Assembly (NCBI GenBank): GCA_951406725.2
Contig: OX597833.1
Location: forward strand, 72,478,001-72,542,000
DNA: 64,000 nucleotides
From: Octopus vulgaris
Lineage: Eukaryota
Direction: 5' to 3'
A program made the translations under genes and the position numbers. Below the pieces are notes generated by a model. That model had not been told where the DNA came from, did not search any database, and worked only from the letters and a program-made list of their open reading frames with translations. The stretch's first letter is position 1, and each line of letters begins with the position of its first letter. Below, piece after piece: positions 52,501-64,000 of this stretch.

Positions 52501-53874
52501 ATGGACAGAAGCCAATCATACTGTCAAGGGTCTCGGATGTCCAATATGGAAATCATCAAGCAATTGTGATTCTAATGATGGATAGCATATACGCAAGGAT
52601 CAAATATTAATTCAAGATCCAAATTAATCATATTAATCCATGTTTTTAGTTTCACAACTTATCAATTATGCTACCTTGCGAAAGGCTCCAGTGGAACTGC
52701 ATCTGCCAATGATGAAATGCCAAAGCAACAAAATCAAATGTCTGAGCAACAGTTGTTGAAAGATGTGAAACTTTAGAATTTGACCTAAAACCCAAACCAT
52801 AAATACGGAAAATTCAGCAAAGGTAAAACTGGTGAAACCCTTTCAGCTTGCATAAGTCAGCCGCTCGCACACATGCCAGATGCTCAATAGATGACCCTTC
52901 ACTTTAACAGATGTTTTCACCAATAAGCCATATTTCCAAGAGATGTTCTGCATATGGTTCTTGACATCAACACTTGCCCTCAGACACTCTTTGACATCAA
53001 CAGATGTCATGCAAACGGCTACACGTTTCCAGCACAGCTTCTTCGGCCAGCTAGTGATGTTAATTCATGAAAACATTGAGCAGAGGTGTTTGTTGATATT
53101 CCCCACTAGGAAATCATCCTGTAGCTATTTGCTTTCAAAGATGAGGGGAATGGGGGGAAAAAATGAAAAACGTATGAAACAGTTAATGAAAGAAAAATTC
53201 ATTTAAGACGGTGTTTTTGGGGGTGGGGTGGGGAAGAAGACCAAACACTCGTAATAAACGAGGATAGATGTATCAAACTATTTTTGTTTCGTTTCATGCC
53301 AGCATACGTAAGACGAATGTATTGTTTTACAACTGGATGCTCTTCCTCTCACTAACCTTTATGTTGTTTTTTTCAAACAAGGAATCTCTAATTTAATACG
53401 TTAGCTACACAACACAAAGACCTCATTTGAGTTTCCGTCAATGAAACCTACTTACAAAGGCTTTAAGCAGTCCAGAGTTATACTAGAAAACATTTGAGCA
53501 GGTGCGGTGCAGTGAAACTGAACCTGAAACCAGCTGATCGGGAAGCAAACTTCGAGACCACAGTCAGAATTAATGAGAACAAGCCTGAACACAAAAGTTT
53601 TCTTCTCCAGATGTAGCTTACTTCCTAACAGATGTCTAACAGACTGAAAACTCGAGAGATAGTTTAGCAAAAGTTAATCAAATGAAAGACGTAATCTTAA
53701 TTTGACATCATAACAATAACATGGAAAACAAGACCAACAGCTGCGTATTTTGATGTTAGTAAGGGACAGCGTGAAACCAAAGTGACAATGATCTTGGAGG
53801 ATAACGTGCTACTTTCACTTTCTCACACTTCAGTTGGCAGAAGTTCGTAGGCTGCAGGAGATTACTATTATTAC

Positions 53875-53926
<52 letters not shown>

Positions 53927-55987
53927 TAAACACTATGTTTGAGGCTAGCTCGTTGTTTAAGATGGAAAAGTGTAGAAATTTTGCTGTTCATTTTCCAGTA
54001 ATTTATTTCACAATCGAGCCTTAGTGGTTGCTCAGTCAGTTACAAATCACAATAGAATCTCTCTCTAATCATACATTTCCATCTTAAACTATACAAACAT
54101 GAACAAAAAATTCTACGCAATTTGATAGTCACAAACCTTCCATCTTAAAAAAAAAAACATAAAAAATTTTAATTGCACCAGAAAATATTTTCTACAACAA
54201 ATTAAGTGATAACAAGAAAGCACACACAAAAAAAATTCTTTGACGGCAACCAAAAGAAAAGATATCAGCTAAAATTTGAGAAAGTAAAAGTGGTACGCTA
54301 TTATCAAAGACTGCCCAAGTTAGTTGCGAGGAAAAAGGAAAATATGAAACACTAACATGTAGTGAAAACAATGTCCGTCCCAGGATGGGTACCATTTCTT
54401 TGTAGTCTAACAGCAAGTTATCACTGATGCAACAGATGTTTGAGATATAATCCATGAAAAAATGTTCGAATTTCATGGCTAGTTATCTTTGGTTGTCGAA
54501 GTTACAGATATTCTGACAGTGTTTTAGATTTCATAAGACACTGTAATGTCTGACGACAAAAAAGGACGCCATCTTTTTTGTTTCTTTGACTTTTGAAAAA
54601 AGGTAAAAAAAAAATGTATGACGGGAAATTACGACCGCTTACGAAGAGAGATGGAATTTATAGAGATTGTGGATAGATTGAGTGAGAGTTCGTATCCCGT
54701 CAACGATGCTGTGTTGTTGTATAAACAGTTTTGGTTGCTAACTCTAAGTGGCAATCATTCCTTGGTCTCTGCAATGTGTCCATCTTCTAAAAGACGGTCG
54801 GGTATGACTCGAGTGAGATTCGTCTCCTGTTACTACCAGGTTGCAGAGGTTCTCTTATTGGTTTGTTGTTCTTGTTGTTTAGCAAGTTTTTTCGTCTGGC
54901 AGACTTAAGATCAAAGCCAGTCCATCATGAGACCATATCGTCTTATATTCAGACACAGTTATGTTGAACGATTCCTTCGTTTTTAAGACACAAGGGTATG
55001 AATCGAGTGACAAATGGACTGCTATTTCCAGCAGGTCAAGTGAACACGTTGATGTTCCCTCGTTGGACCAAGTGCAATTAGTTTCGTTAGTTGGCAGTAC
55101 CGAGTTCAAATCATCTCTGAGGCACAAAGAAGCCAACAGCCAAACATTCAAATATATCAATTCTTGCGGAAAAGCGAAAATTTTAGTCTTTTACAAACGA
55201 TTAAAAGGAAACGATCCCTGATTTGCTGCAGAGTGAATTTAAGGTCCCGGTATAAAGAGTTTGATTCAATTTCGATCCACATTCTTTTATTTTAATGATT
55301 GTATTGTCTGGCTCCAGGTCAAGCTTGATTGAGTAGACTTATCTATGATCAAAGGTACCGCAACCATAAATATCTATCGGCCCCACCGCCCGCAGCTCGA
55401 ACGAATTCAAAACCATCAAATTTGTCCCTGCTTTTTTTCTTCTTAATGACTAGGTTATGATTTCAATGAAATTATTTTTCTATCATTTCTATAGAGTCGA
55501 GTTAACTGCCCAAGCTCCTTCGTTAATTCGCCTTTTCTATGATGGATGCAACAATCGAGTGCTTTTAGACAGCATTTTGTTGCAGAGGTGAATTAAGTAC
55601 AGGATTCTAATAGGTTTTGCTTCTTCATGGTTTCGCCTAGAGGAAGGAGATGTGGCCATGGTCTTCAGAACCACTCCGATATCGATGTAAGTTGAATAGT
55701 TGCAGGAAAAAGAAAGCTTGGTAGACATTCTCGGAAGGAGGAACTGGACGTCGTGGTCAGCGAGTTGACATAATATGAGGAGGAACAACGAAGGAACCGT
55801 GAGTATTTGGTGAAGGTGACACGGGTGCTGCCAATTCGGAGGAGTGGAGGTCATTGTAGGAGAGGAGAAGAAGCAAGATGGCGAGGAGACCGCAGCAGGT
55901 CTGTCGAGGTTGGCCGGTTTCGGTGATTTCGAGTCGATGACGATTTCTTTTTTAATGATATGAAACCATAAGGCGGCGGCGGCGGCG

Positions 55988-56188
55988 GCGGCGAAGTGGC
56001 AGAATCGTTGTCAGCAGAATGGAAGATGAAGAAATGCTTGGCAGCAGTTCGTCCGTCTTTTACGTTGATTTCAAATTCCGGCCAGGGTCGACTTTGCCTT
56101 TTCATCCTATCGAGGGCGATTGTGGGGTTGATGTAATCGATTCATCCACGCCTTCCAAATTGCTGGCCTTGTGCCATAATTTGAAACT
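55988..56188 (+). mobile_element. tRNA-derived SINE (Nin/Deu-like core)
   Basis: GGCGGCGAAGTGGCAGAATCGTT head and GTCGACTTTGCCTTTTCATCC core. Confidence 0.65.
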
Positions 56189-57304
56189 TATACGAAACAA
56201 AAACTATTCGAGAGGATTGTATTTAGTCCGGAATCCAAGTGGAGTTTTAGGGGTCTGTGTTAGCAAAATAAATCAATAGGTGAGAGAGAGAGAGTTCAAT
56301 AAGGGGTCGATCGGAAGGATACAGGTTAACATTTTGTGTCTTGTTCTTCGTATGAGAGTGAGGAAAGAAGAAAAGTCGGGTAAGGTTCGCTATTAATCAT
56401 CGTGTTTTCTAGTCTATTATAAGAACTAGCAAAGTTTAGGCGCAGTAAATGGCGAAGCCAACGCAGTCATATCATCTGCTAGAAATAACAGCAAAATCTC
56501 CTATAAATTAGACACCAACGTCAACGAAAGGCAAATTAGACAATGTAGTCCTGGAGATATTGTGTTAAAAAGTGAGAGAGAGAGAGAGAGGGATGAGAGG
56601 GATGGCGCTGTTCAGTCGGAAAGCTTTTGATCAGAGATGTGATTGATTAGAGATGACCAGGTCTACCGTCCACCTCTTTAACATTTTGGAGACAACCCAA
56701 CAAGGGAGCATCCATGTGATTTCTTGACCTGTTAGAAATAACAGAAGTAAATGTTTCTAAAATCTCATCATTTCGTCCGAAATAAAGAAAGGATTTGGTT
56801 GTTTACAGTGATTTATTGGGACGAATTTAAAAGGAAAAAGCGAAAAACGACCAATTTTTGATTATTTTTTTAAACTTTTACTTGCGTTTCACTGAGTCGC
56901 TAAAATGGGGGAATAACAGAAAAAAGCGTCGCAGAAAAGGAAAAACTATTTAAAGAAACAACTGGAATTTGCAATTACATTAAAAGAATTGAAAATAATG
57001 ATAAGAGTCCGTCTTTGAACTAATCCATCTTGTATATCCCTCTCCTACCAAAAACCAGCGAATATAGGGGAGCGGGGAGGCATCGCTCAAACTGCTAGAA
57101 ATAGCAACCAAGGCTCCAGCAACTTATACCTTACTTCTTTGAAGTGAATGATATAATTAATGCCAGATATTCGTTGTTGGGCTTATCTCAACTGGAATCC
57201 CTTCGATCGGAGCTGACCAGCATAACCATGAATTGATTGGTTCCCCAATCTCACCTGATTTCCACACACCTTTCTGAAAAAGGCGTATTTTGCAGATAAG
57301 ATGG

Positions 57305-57456
57305 ACTTCTTTCAGATTCCAGCCACCGAATCCACTCACGAGGCTTTGGTCAGTGCAAGGCCATAGTAGAGGACACTTGCCCAAGGTGCCACACAGTGGG
57401 ACTGAACCTGGAATCATGCAGTTGGGAAGCAGACTTCTTACCACACACCCATGCCT
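57305..57456 (-). mobile_element. tRNA-derived SINE with CORE-like segment
   Basis: GGTTCAGTCCC B-box followed by CACCTTGGGCAAGTGTC. Related copies near 7880, 16285, 37500 and 53430. Confidence 0.6.
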
Positions 57457-57489
57457 ATATATATTATTTATATTCATATTTATATAATA

Positions 57490-57888
57490 CTAGCAGTATC
57501 GCCCGGCGTTGCTCGGGTTTGTAAGGGAAATAACTATATAAGCATTTTTAGAGATGTAAAGTATAATAGCCATCTCAATATGGCTAACCACAAAGGCGGG
57601 GTGGGTGTTACTGTAGCTTTTTACGTTCTGAAATTTAATAATAAATTTTTAGAGAGTTACTTCCCTTATATATGCCAAAAATGCATTAAAAATGGGAAAA
57701 TTGATGGTAAATCTTTTTTAAAATCGTAGACTCATCGTAGACGCGCGCTAATACCCAGAAGGGCTCGATATGAATCACGACTATAAGATACCCGGTTTTG
57801 GTTACACTGCACCGCAAAATGTGGGAGTAGTTAGGAATCTAAATCGTAGGAGACAGACAGCACACAACCTCACTTTTATATATAAAGA
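57490..57888 (-). mobile_element. Non-autonomous Helitron
   Basis: Minus strand reads A|TCTTTATATATAAAA ... CCCGAGCAACGCCGGGCGATACTG-CTAG|T. Confidence 0.82.
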
Positions 57889-58089
57889 TGTATAATTATA
57901 GGAGTATGTGTGTGTGTGTGTGGGGGGGGGCACATTGTGTAACATTTATTGCATTTTTGACTTTGAGAACAAAAATGTTTGCCGCCATACAAAACTATAT
58001 CAGCCAAGCAACTGAGCTTCTCTGAATGCATTGAAGGCATCGTAGCATAATCTGAAGACTATTTCAGAAAGTTATCTCTCATTCTCTTT

Positions 58090-60235
58090 GAGCAAAAAAA
58101 GACAAATTTAGATGGGGCAAAATGAGTAAGACAAGACAAGGTAAATTTGCCTCTTCAATTCTCCAGGATAATATTTGGGAAAAAAAACTCATAACACATC
58201 AATATCCATCTTTAGAAATTGGAAAGATTAGAAATTCAACAAAAATTCGAAATATATCAGTCAAATTGTAAAAGGATCGTGGAAAAATGGTACCTGATAT
58301 GAAATTAAACGAAACTTGACTAAATCTAAAAGCTTAACATAAAATATTCTGTTTAGCTTCTTCAGAATCTGCTGGAATGGGTTTTTCATGGTAAAGGGAA
58401 GAAATTATTGAAACTGGTCATTGCTCCTTTTATGCCAGTTTAGACTTAATTTTTGGTAATTGAAAATTATCATATTAGACATTAGTGTAGGAAAAAAATT
58501 GTCTTAGAATCCAAAAGAGAAAAAGCCTATTGGTTGTTGAAGAGCAAAAATTATCCAGGTGTTTAATTAGCAACCTCAATTGCAATTAGGTCAAAAACGA
58601 AAGGGAATTTCTTGGAAAACAAAACCCTAATCACCTGACTATGTTCCAAACCCTCTCAACCTCAACAACTATGCTAACCAATTTTTATTCCCAAAGAAGA
58701 TGCAACAGAATAAAAGGATGAGGATGTGGTACTTGCAATGGAATGGTTTCAAATGGACAGAGAAAAAATAACAAGAAATCAGAAATTACTCATTTTGCCC
58801 CGGTTATAAAATAATATAATATCGTCTTCCATAATGAGAGTCTAATAAAGAAGCTAGCTATTGTAAATGCTTCAGTGTTAGTCTGAGAAATACAAATAAA
58901 TCCATGAAAATAAAAGACAAAACTTCTATAAAATGTCAATGAAACAAAAATTGTTTTGATGAGTCTAAATCATTTGTTGACAAACAACTCGTCATCATCA
59001 TCATCATCATCGTTTAACGTCCGCTTTCCATGCTAGCATGGGTCGGACGGTTCAACTGGGGTCTAGGAAGCCAGAAGGCTGCACCAGGCCAGTCATATCT
59101 GGCGGTGTTTCTACAGCTGGATGCCCTTCCTAACGCCAACCACTCCGTGAGTGTAGTGGTTGCTTTTTATGTGCCACCGACACAGGTGCCAGACGAGGCT
59201 GGTGAACGGCCACGCTCGGATGGTGCTTTTTACGTGCCACCGGCATGGAAGCCAGGCGAGGCTGGCACGGCCACGATCGGATGGTATTTGTTACGTGCCA
59301 CTAGCACGGAGGCCAGTCGATGCGGTGCTGGCTACAGCCACGTTCGGATGGTTCTCTTATGTGCCACCAGCACTGGTACCACAAAGATACAAATTCCATT
59401 GATGTTCATCGATTTTGATTTTGATTTGATTTTTTGATTCTTTGATTTTCACTTGCCTCAACAGGTCTTCACAACTAGAGTTATGTGTCCCAAGAAGGAA
59501 GGTATGCACAGGTGGACTGACTACATCCCAGGTAGGGGCCACGCAATTTCTGATAAAATGAACGACCCAACAGAAATGGAACAAACAACCAAAAGAGGTT
59601 CTGCTGAATTCCATTTTGCCAAACATGTTTCTTTTGCAAACATTGATCATCTTCTGGCATTTATGGGACGGTAAAGTTGATGCCAAAAATTATCAATGGA
59701 AAGAACCAAACTTTTCAATGGAAACATTCTAAATGGAATTAGTTTTGCATGGAAAAAGAATGGTAACAGATGCACAGCACAAACATTTTCTATCGTAATT
59801 GAGGAAAGAACAGATATTTTTCACTGAGCTGAATTTTGGCAGTATTTGCAAGAATGACATGGATCCACTGTTAGATGTTGTTGGAAATGGAACGGCTCTA
59901 GGGCCGCTTCCCAAGGCTGTCAAATTGTGGTTGCAAGAAAGAAAGATTCATTTTAGAAAATATTGTAAGATTTTCAAGTGATAATTATTCTACTATAATG
60001 GATGCTCAAAAGTGAGTTCCAGAAATCCTTGAAATATGATGCATCTGTTTTTATTATGGGACGTGGCCAACATTCTTTCACTCTTTGTGGTGGTCATATA
60101 GTTAGAGATTTCACATCTTTCTTTTCCTGTAGTAGCAACAGTCAATGGGACCTGACATTTATTGGGGAAAATGATTGTGACAACTTGCCCTCTAAAATGT
60201 CTAACTTTAGACAAAGGGGTTTTGCTGATAAATAG
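58090..60235 (+). pseudogene. Decayed coding sequence, candidate orthomyxovirus-like (Quaranjavirus-like) nucleoprotein endogenous viral element, split by a LINE fragment
   Basis: Collinear frameshifted peptides: AGMGF..TG.IAPFM, LDISVG, FVDKQL|AISDKMND..TTKRGSAEFHF, EQIFF...FGS.CKND, IHFRKYCKI[SSDN], SVFIMGRGQHSF. About 1.6 kb once the insertion is removed. Identity rests on recalled motifs, not on a search. Confidence 0.5.
58992..59543 (-). mobile_element. RTE-family 3' fragment inserted into the candidate viral ORF
   Basis: (CAT)n tail at 58992 and the shared 3' UTR. Removing it restores a continuous frame. Confidence 0.8.
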
Positions 60236-62570
60236 TTATTGTAGTGATGTATATATATATAGCTATACTGTAATATAAATATATATAAATATATATAAAT
60301 ACACACACATATATATGCACACACACACATATATAAAACTGTGTATCTATAGTTATAGTTATAATAAATAGTTATTGTAGTGACATGAGAAGAACTTGAT
60401 GTGTTGTTTGTTTGTTTCACAAGGTGACAAAGTTGATAGAACCAGAATTGATGACATAAAAAAAAAACAACCATGGAACAAAATACATAATAATGCTTTC
60501 CTTCAGTTCTACAGAAAGTAAATTTAATGAATGTCAAATTCTAATCTGAGTATTTCAACTTTCATCGTTTGCATTGACTGACATCATTAAAATATAAAAA
60601 TATCTCTTGATTTTTTGTTTTTAAAGATGAATTAGCAAAGAACATTAAACCACCCGAAATTGATCCAAGACACTGAAACATTGATGATGTTTACCTTGCT
60701 GGAAAGGTAACAAAACATTTAATTAATTAATTGACCTTTGAATAATGAAATCAGTGATCATTTGAAACTGCAAATGGAATTTTTGTGTTCAAATAATAAA
60801 GAGGTTTCCTTTCCATCGCTAAACTAGAGAGAGACAGCTCATAATTTAGGCATAGCTCCTATGTCTAGCATCCTACCAGTTGTTCATTTCCTGTCCATTA
60901 TGCTAGAAAGCAACAGATGAAAGGATCTTAATGATCAATGGAAGAGTTTAACTGAAGACAATGTGACAATTTCTATAAAAAATATTTTTGAATATTGATG
61001 GCCAAAATAATGCCAAAGAAGACTTTGGAACACAGCCCTGTCCTCTGCCATGTCACATATTGTCAGACTGTACAACCCATGCCAGCATGGAAGACAGATA
61101 TTGAAAGATGATGATGATGATGATGATGACTGATACAAATTAGAAGACATGAAAGATCGATTTTGTATTTGAAAATATAACTTGTTATTCTATTCTTCTG
61201 ATTGACAATGTTTCCAACTTTGTCAGTTTTTGTGAAATGAATATTCTCTCAACTGAGGAATGAAAACAACAACAATAAAGAATCAAATATAAAGGGCTTA
61301 TTGATTTCTTGCATGTGTGTAAACCCGAAAATATTGATTTCCCAAACTGGAAGTTTTGGGTGGAGGCGGGGTAATCAGTTTAAATCTACTTCAGCATGTG
61401 TAGGGTATCTTAGTGACACCCAGGTAGAATATGATAATAAAGAGGACCCCTACGCTACTCGTTCCCTCTTTCAAATTAGAACACAGAAACCTTAGAGGCA
61501 CAACTGAATTCCACAAAGCATAAAATGTGAAAGAATTAAAACAATTTTCTGGTATGTCTCATGGAATTCTAAGTTTGCATATGTATAGGAATGACAGATC
61601 TTTAATGGTGTATAACTAAGGGAATCCCATCAGACAAGCTGTGGTATTATCCACATGAGTTTATTTGGAATCAGTCAAGTAAAATTACCCAACAAATGAC
61701 TGATAACTCATTTCAGAAATATTGAAACGCAACAACAGTGCTGGCAATGTTGATAAGATGTCATACTGTGGATGGTAGAATCAAGGGTTCACATACTGCT
61801 ACTGGCACTGCAATGATATTTAGTTTCCTCTAACTCAAACCCCTCAACTATAAATAGGTACCATGGTGAGGTACATTCAGATTACTACTGCACGGGGTAG
61901 GAACACTAGAATATGTTTTGTTAGAAAAGGTTTTTGTTTTAGTTGCTTTGTAGTTCTGAGTTCAAACTCTTTTCTTACCAAATTTTTGCTGAATACAATG
62001 TCTTTGTTTCAATTGATTTCGAAAACAATAAAAAATTTATTATAAATTTATTAATTTATTATAAAGCTGGTGTTTGGAACATAAATTACCATGAAGTTTT
62101 GATGAAAAGTTTTAATTACGATCACTTTAAAACAGAAAGCATGTATCATACAACCAGGGGTGGTTTCAGGTGGGTTGGTATAAAGAATGTTCGGCCCTTT
62201 TTCAAGTTCTCAGACAACAGAAAACCAATACAACTGAACTTTAAATGCTTCAAAATTAAAAAAAAAAGATGTTTTATCCCCCTACAACATTCTTCAATCA
62301 GTCCCCCACTTTAAGACCATCATCTGACCTTTGGATGTCATTCGTGGAGTTGAGTCTATTGCCAGCATTCAGTGCTGACCCCTGGACAGTGAATAACTTT
62401 CTCCCATAAGTCACTGAAGCTTTGAAAAGGGTCATGGGCATTACTCTTTCTCCCACCTAAATTAATTTTTAAAAAGCAAAGAGGCAGAACCCCCCCCCCC
62501 CTACCACCACCACCACCACCACCCACCACCACCACAACAACAACAACGTAACAATGTATCGGTTACTCAC

Positions 62571-63362
62571 CGGTCTTCTGGCTGTAGTGCTGATGTGATT
62601 GACTGTGTTGTTGATGTGATTCGTCTGGTCCGAGAGTGGCTCCACAGGACTGTATCGGTCACTGTACACCTTGGCTCTCCAACCCAATGTGTTTAAGCTG
62701 CTGCTATTGTAGTTTTCCAATGTCGAAGTAGGATCGTTCTTTGTTGATTTGTTGGAGACTCGTTCCATGGCAACATCCACACTGGGTGCCCGGCTTCTTG
62801 AACCTGTTTGATTATGTGACTCTGGGTTTACAGTGCGTGATTGGCTGGCAGCTCTTAGGCGGGAAGAACTATAGGCATCTGAAGAACGAAAGTCCGAGTA
62901 CCGACTTTGTGTGCTTGGCAAATCGACAACGCTTGAGGCTCTTGCGCTACGTAAAGTGCTACCACTATATAGACTGCTAGGGGAGCTCTTATAACTCCTA
63001 GATAAAGGGGACGAATAGTTTGATGTAGAATACTTAGAGCTACTGAGAGGTGTGTGAGTATATTCTGTTGGTTTTTGAGTTTTTGTGTACGAAGGCAAAC
63101 TGACATTTTCACTGTAACGTGAACGGTTGGTGCGTAAGTCCGATAAGAGTTTGCCTTTTCTGTCGAGTGGACCCGGTCCATCAGGGAGCCGACGTGAGTA
63201 AAGTCTGTCGATGGTTGAAGCAGGACTGCAGGAATAGCCATGGTATTTTAAATATCCAGAATCAGGGCGATAACTTTTCAGATAGCTTGATGTAGAGCTG
63301 GATGGCCCTGAAAGAGATAGCTCGAGAGAAGCCCGCCTTGAAGCAACAAGTGAATTTTGCAT
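62571..63362 (-). CDS. USP2: USP2/USP21-like deubiquitinase, large first coding exon (264 aa Ser/Arg/Tyr-rich disordered N-terminus)
   Basis: Long non-repetitive ORF. Exon acceptor tttttcag at 63432, phase-0 donor CCG|gtgagt at 62570. The layout matches USP2-type long isoforms; the join to the catalytic exons is inferred from phase. Confidence 0.75.
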
Positions 63363-63774
63363 GCCTGGTTCTAATCAGTTCAACAGCCAAAATGTATCAA
63401 ACTTTTCCAAGTGGTGCCTTCATCTCACTAGCTGAAAAACAAAGAGACAATATAAATTATATATCCAAATAGAGATTATAGATTAGAAAAATCCCCAGCA
63501 AACAAAAATTTCATTTAACTGGGTGATCAATGAGATTTTACTGGGTACAAAACCAATAATGATATTTAACAAAGAATAAAATCAAATTAGATACATTGTA
63601 AGCAAGTGTCACTGTCATACAAGTAATATTGCCTGTCTCAAATCTTGTGAAAAATATGTTTGACCATTAGGAAACAATACCTTATTTGGAAACAAGTGTC
63701 AGTTGGCAACAGGAAGAGTATCAAGCTGGAGGAAAATTTGCCTCAACAAATTCCATCTGATCCATGCAAACATG

Positions 63775-64000
63775 GAAAAATGGAAGTTAAAATATTGGTG
63801 GTGAAGCATGATCTTCCAACGTTGGGCCTCACAGAGGCAATGACAAAAGACAGACCTCTGGAGATATGCTGTGACTGAGAAGACCTGGCAAGGAAAGTGA
63901 GTTCACAGCTGTGAGCCACACCAGTGTCGCATAATCAACCCACTCAAAGGTACCTTGGATTGTAGGGTGACACGCCAAGCTTGAGGAGACTTACTGAGTC
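63775..64000 (+). mobile_element. RTE-type LINE ORF end and start of 3' UTR (runs off the window)
   Basis: VVKHDLPTLGLTEAMTKDR..WRYAVTEKT. Reverse match to 2540-2750. Confidence 0.75.

Noticed and set aside
55537-55950. 105-aa minus-strand ORF as a USP alternative exon
   Set aside because: No fitting splice sites. The plus strand reads like a decayed RTE C-terminus (GH...GKRKLGR...EEWR).
59544-60000. PARP catalytic-domain pseudogene interpretation (IFH*, NGTALG)
   Set aside because: No G-x-Y-F/A motif follows, and the wider collinear motifs fit a viral nucleoprotein better. Not formally excluded without a search.
62469-62570. Hydrophobic LLLLWWWWVVVV tail as a transmembrane anchor
   Set aside because: It lies after the gtgagt donor and is intronic (GTT)/(GGT) microsatellite.

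Overview
AT-rich, microsatellite- and retroposon-dense eukaryotic DNA. The repeat families suggest an octopus or other cephalopod, which is inferred rather than proven. I reconstructed two minus-strand spliced genes by hand. (1) The 5' part of glycerol kinase: coding exons 1-4 at 20095-20027, 17252-17179, 5291-5185 and 231-154, continuing off the left edge. (2) A complete, divergent USP2/USP21-like deubiquitinase: 12 coding exons from 63362 to 30508, about 588 aa, with an intact Cys/His/Asn-Asp catalytic set and one U12-type minor-spliceosome intron. Introns and intergenic DNA hold tRNA-derived SINEs, RTE, CR1/Jockey-like and RLE-type LINE fragments, non-autonomous Helitrons and MITEs. The most notable items both lie in the first coding intron of the USP gene. 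One is a decayed ~1.6 kb ORF whose motifs resemble an orthomyxovirus (Quaranjavirus-like) nucleoprotein, a candidate endogenous viral element. The other is a 181-bp palindrome carrying a hammerhead ribozyme on each strand.
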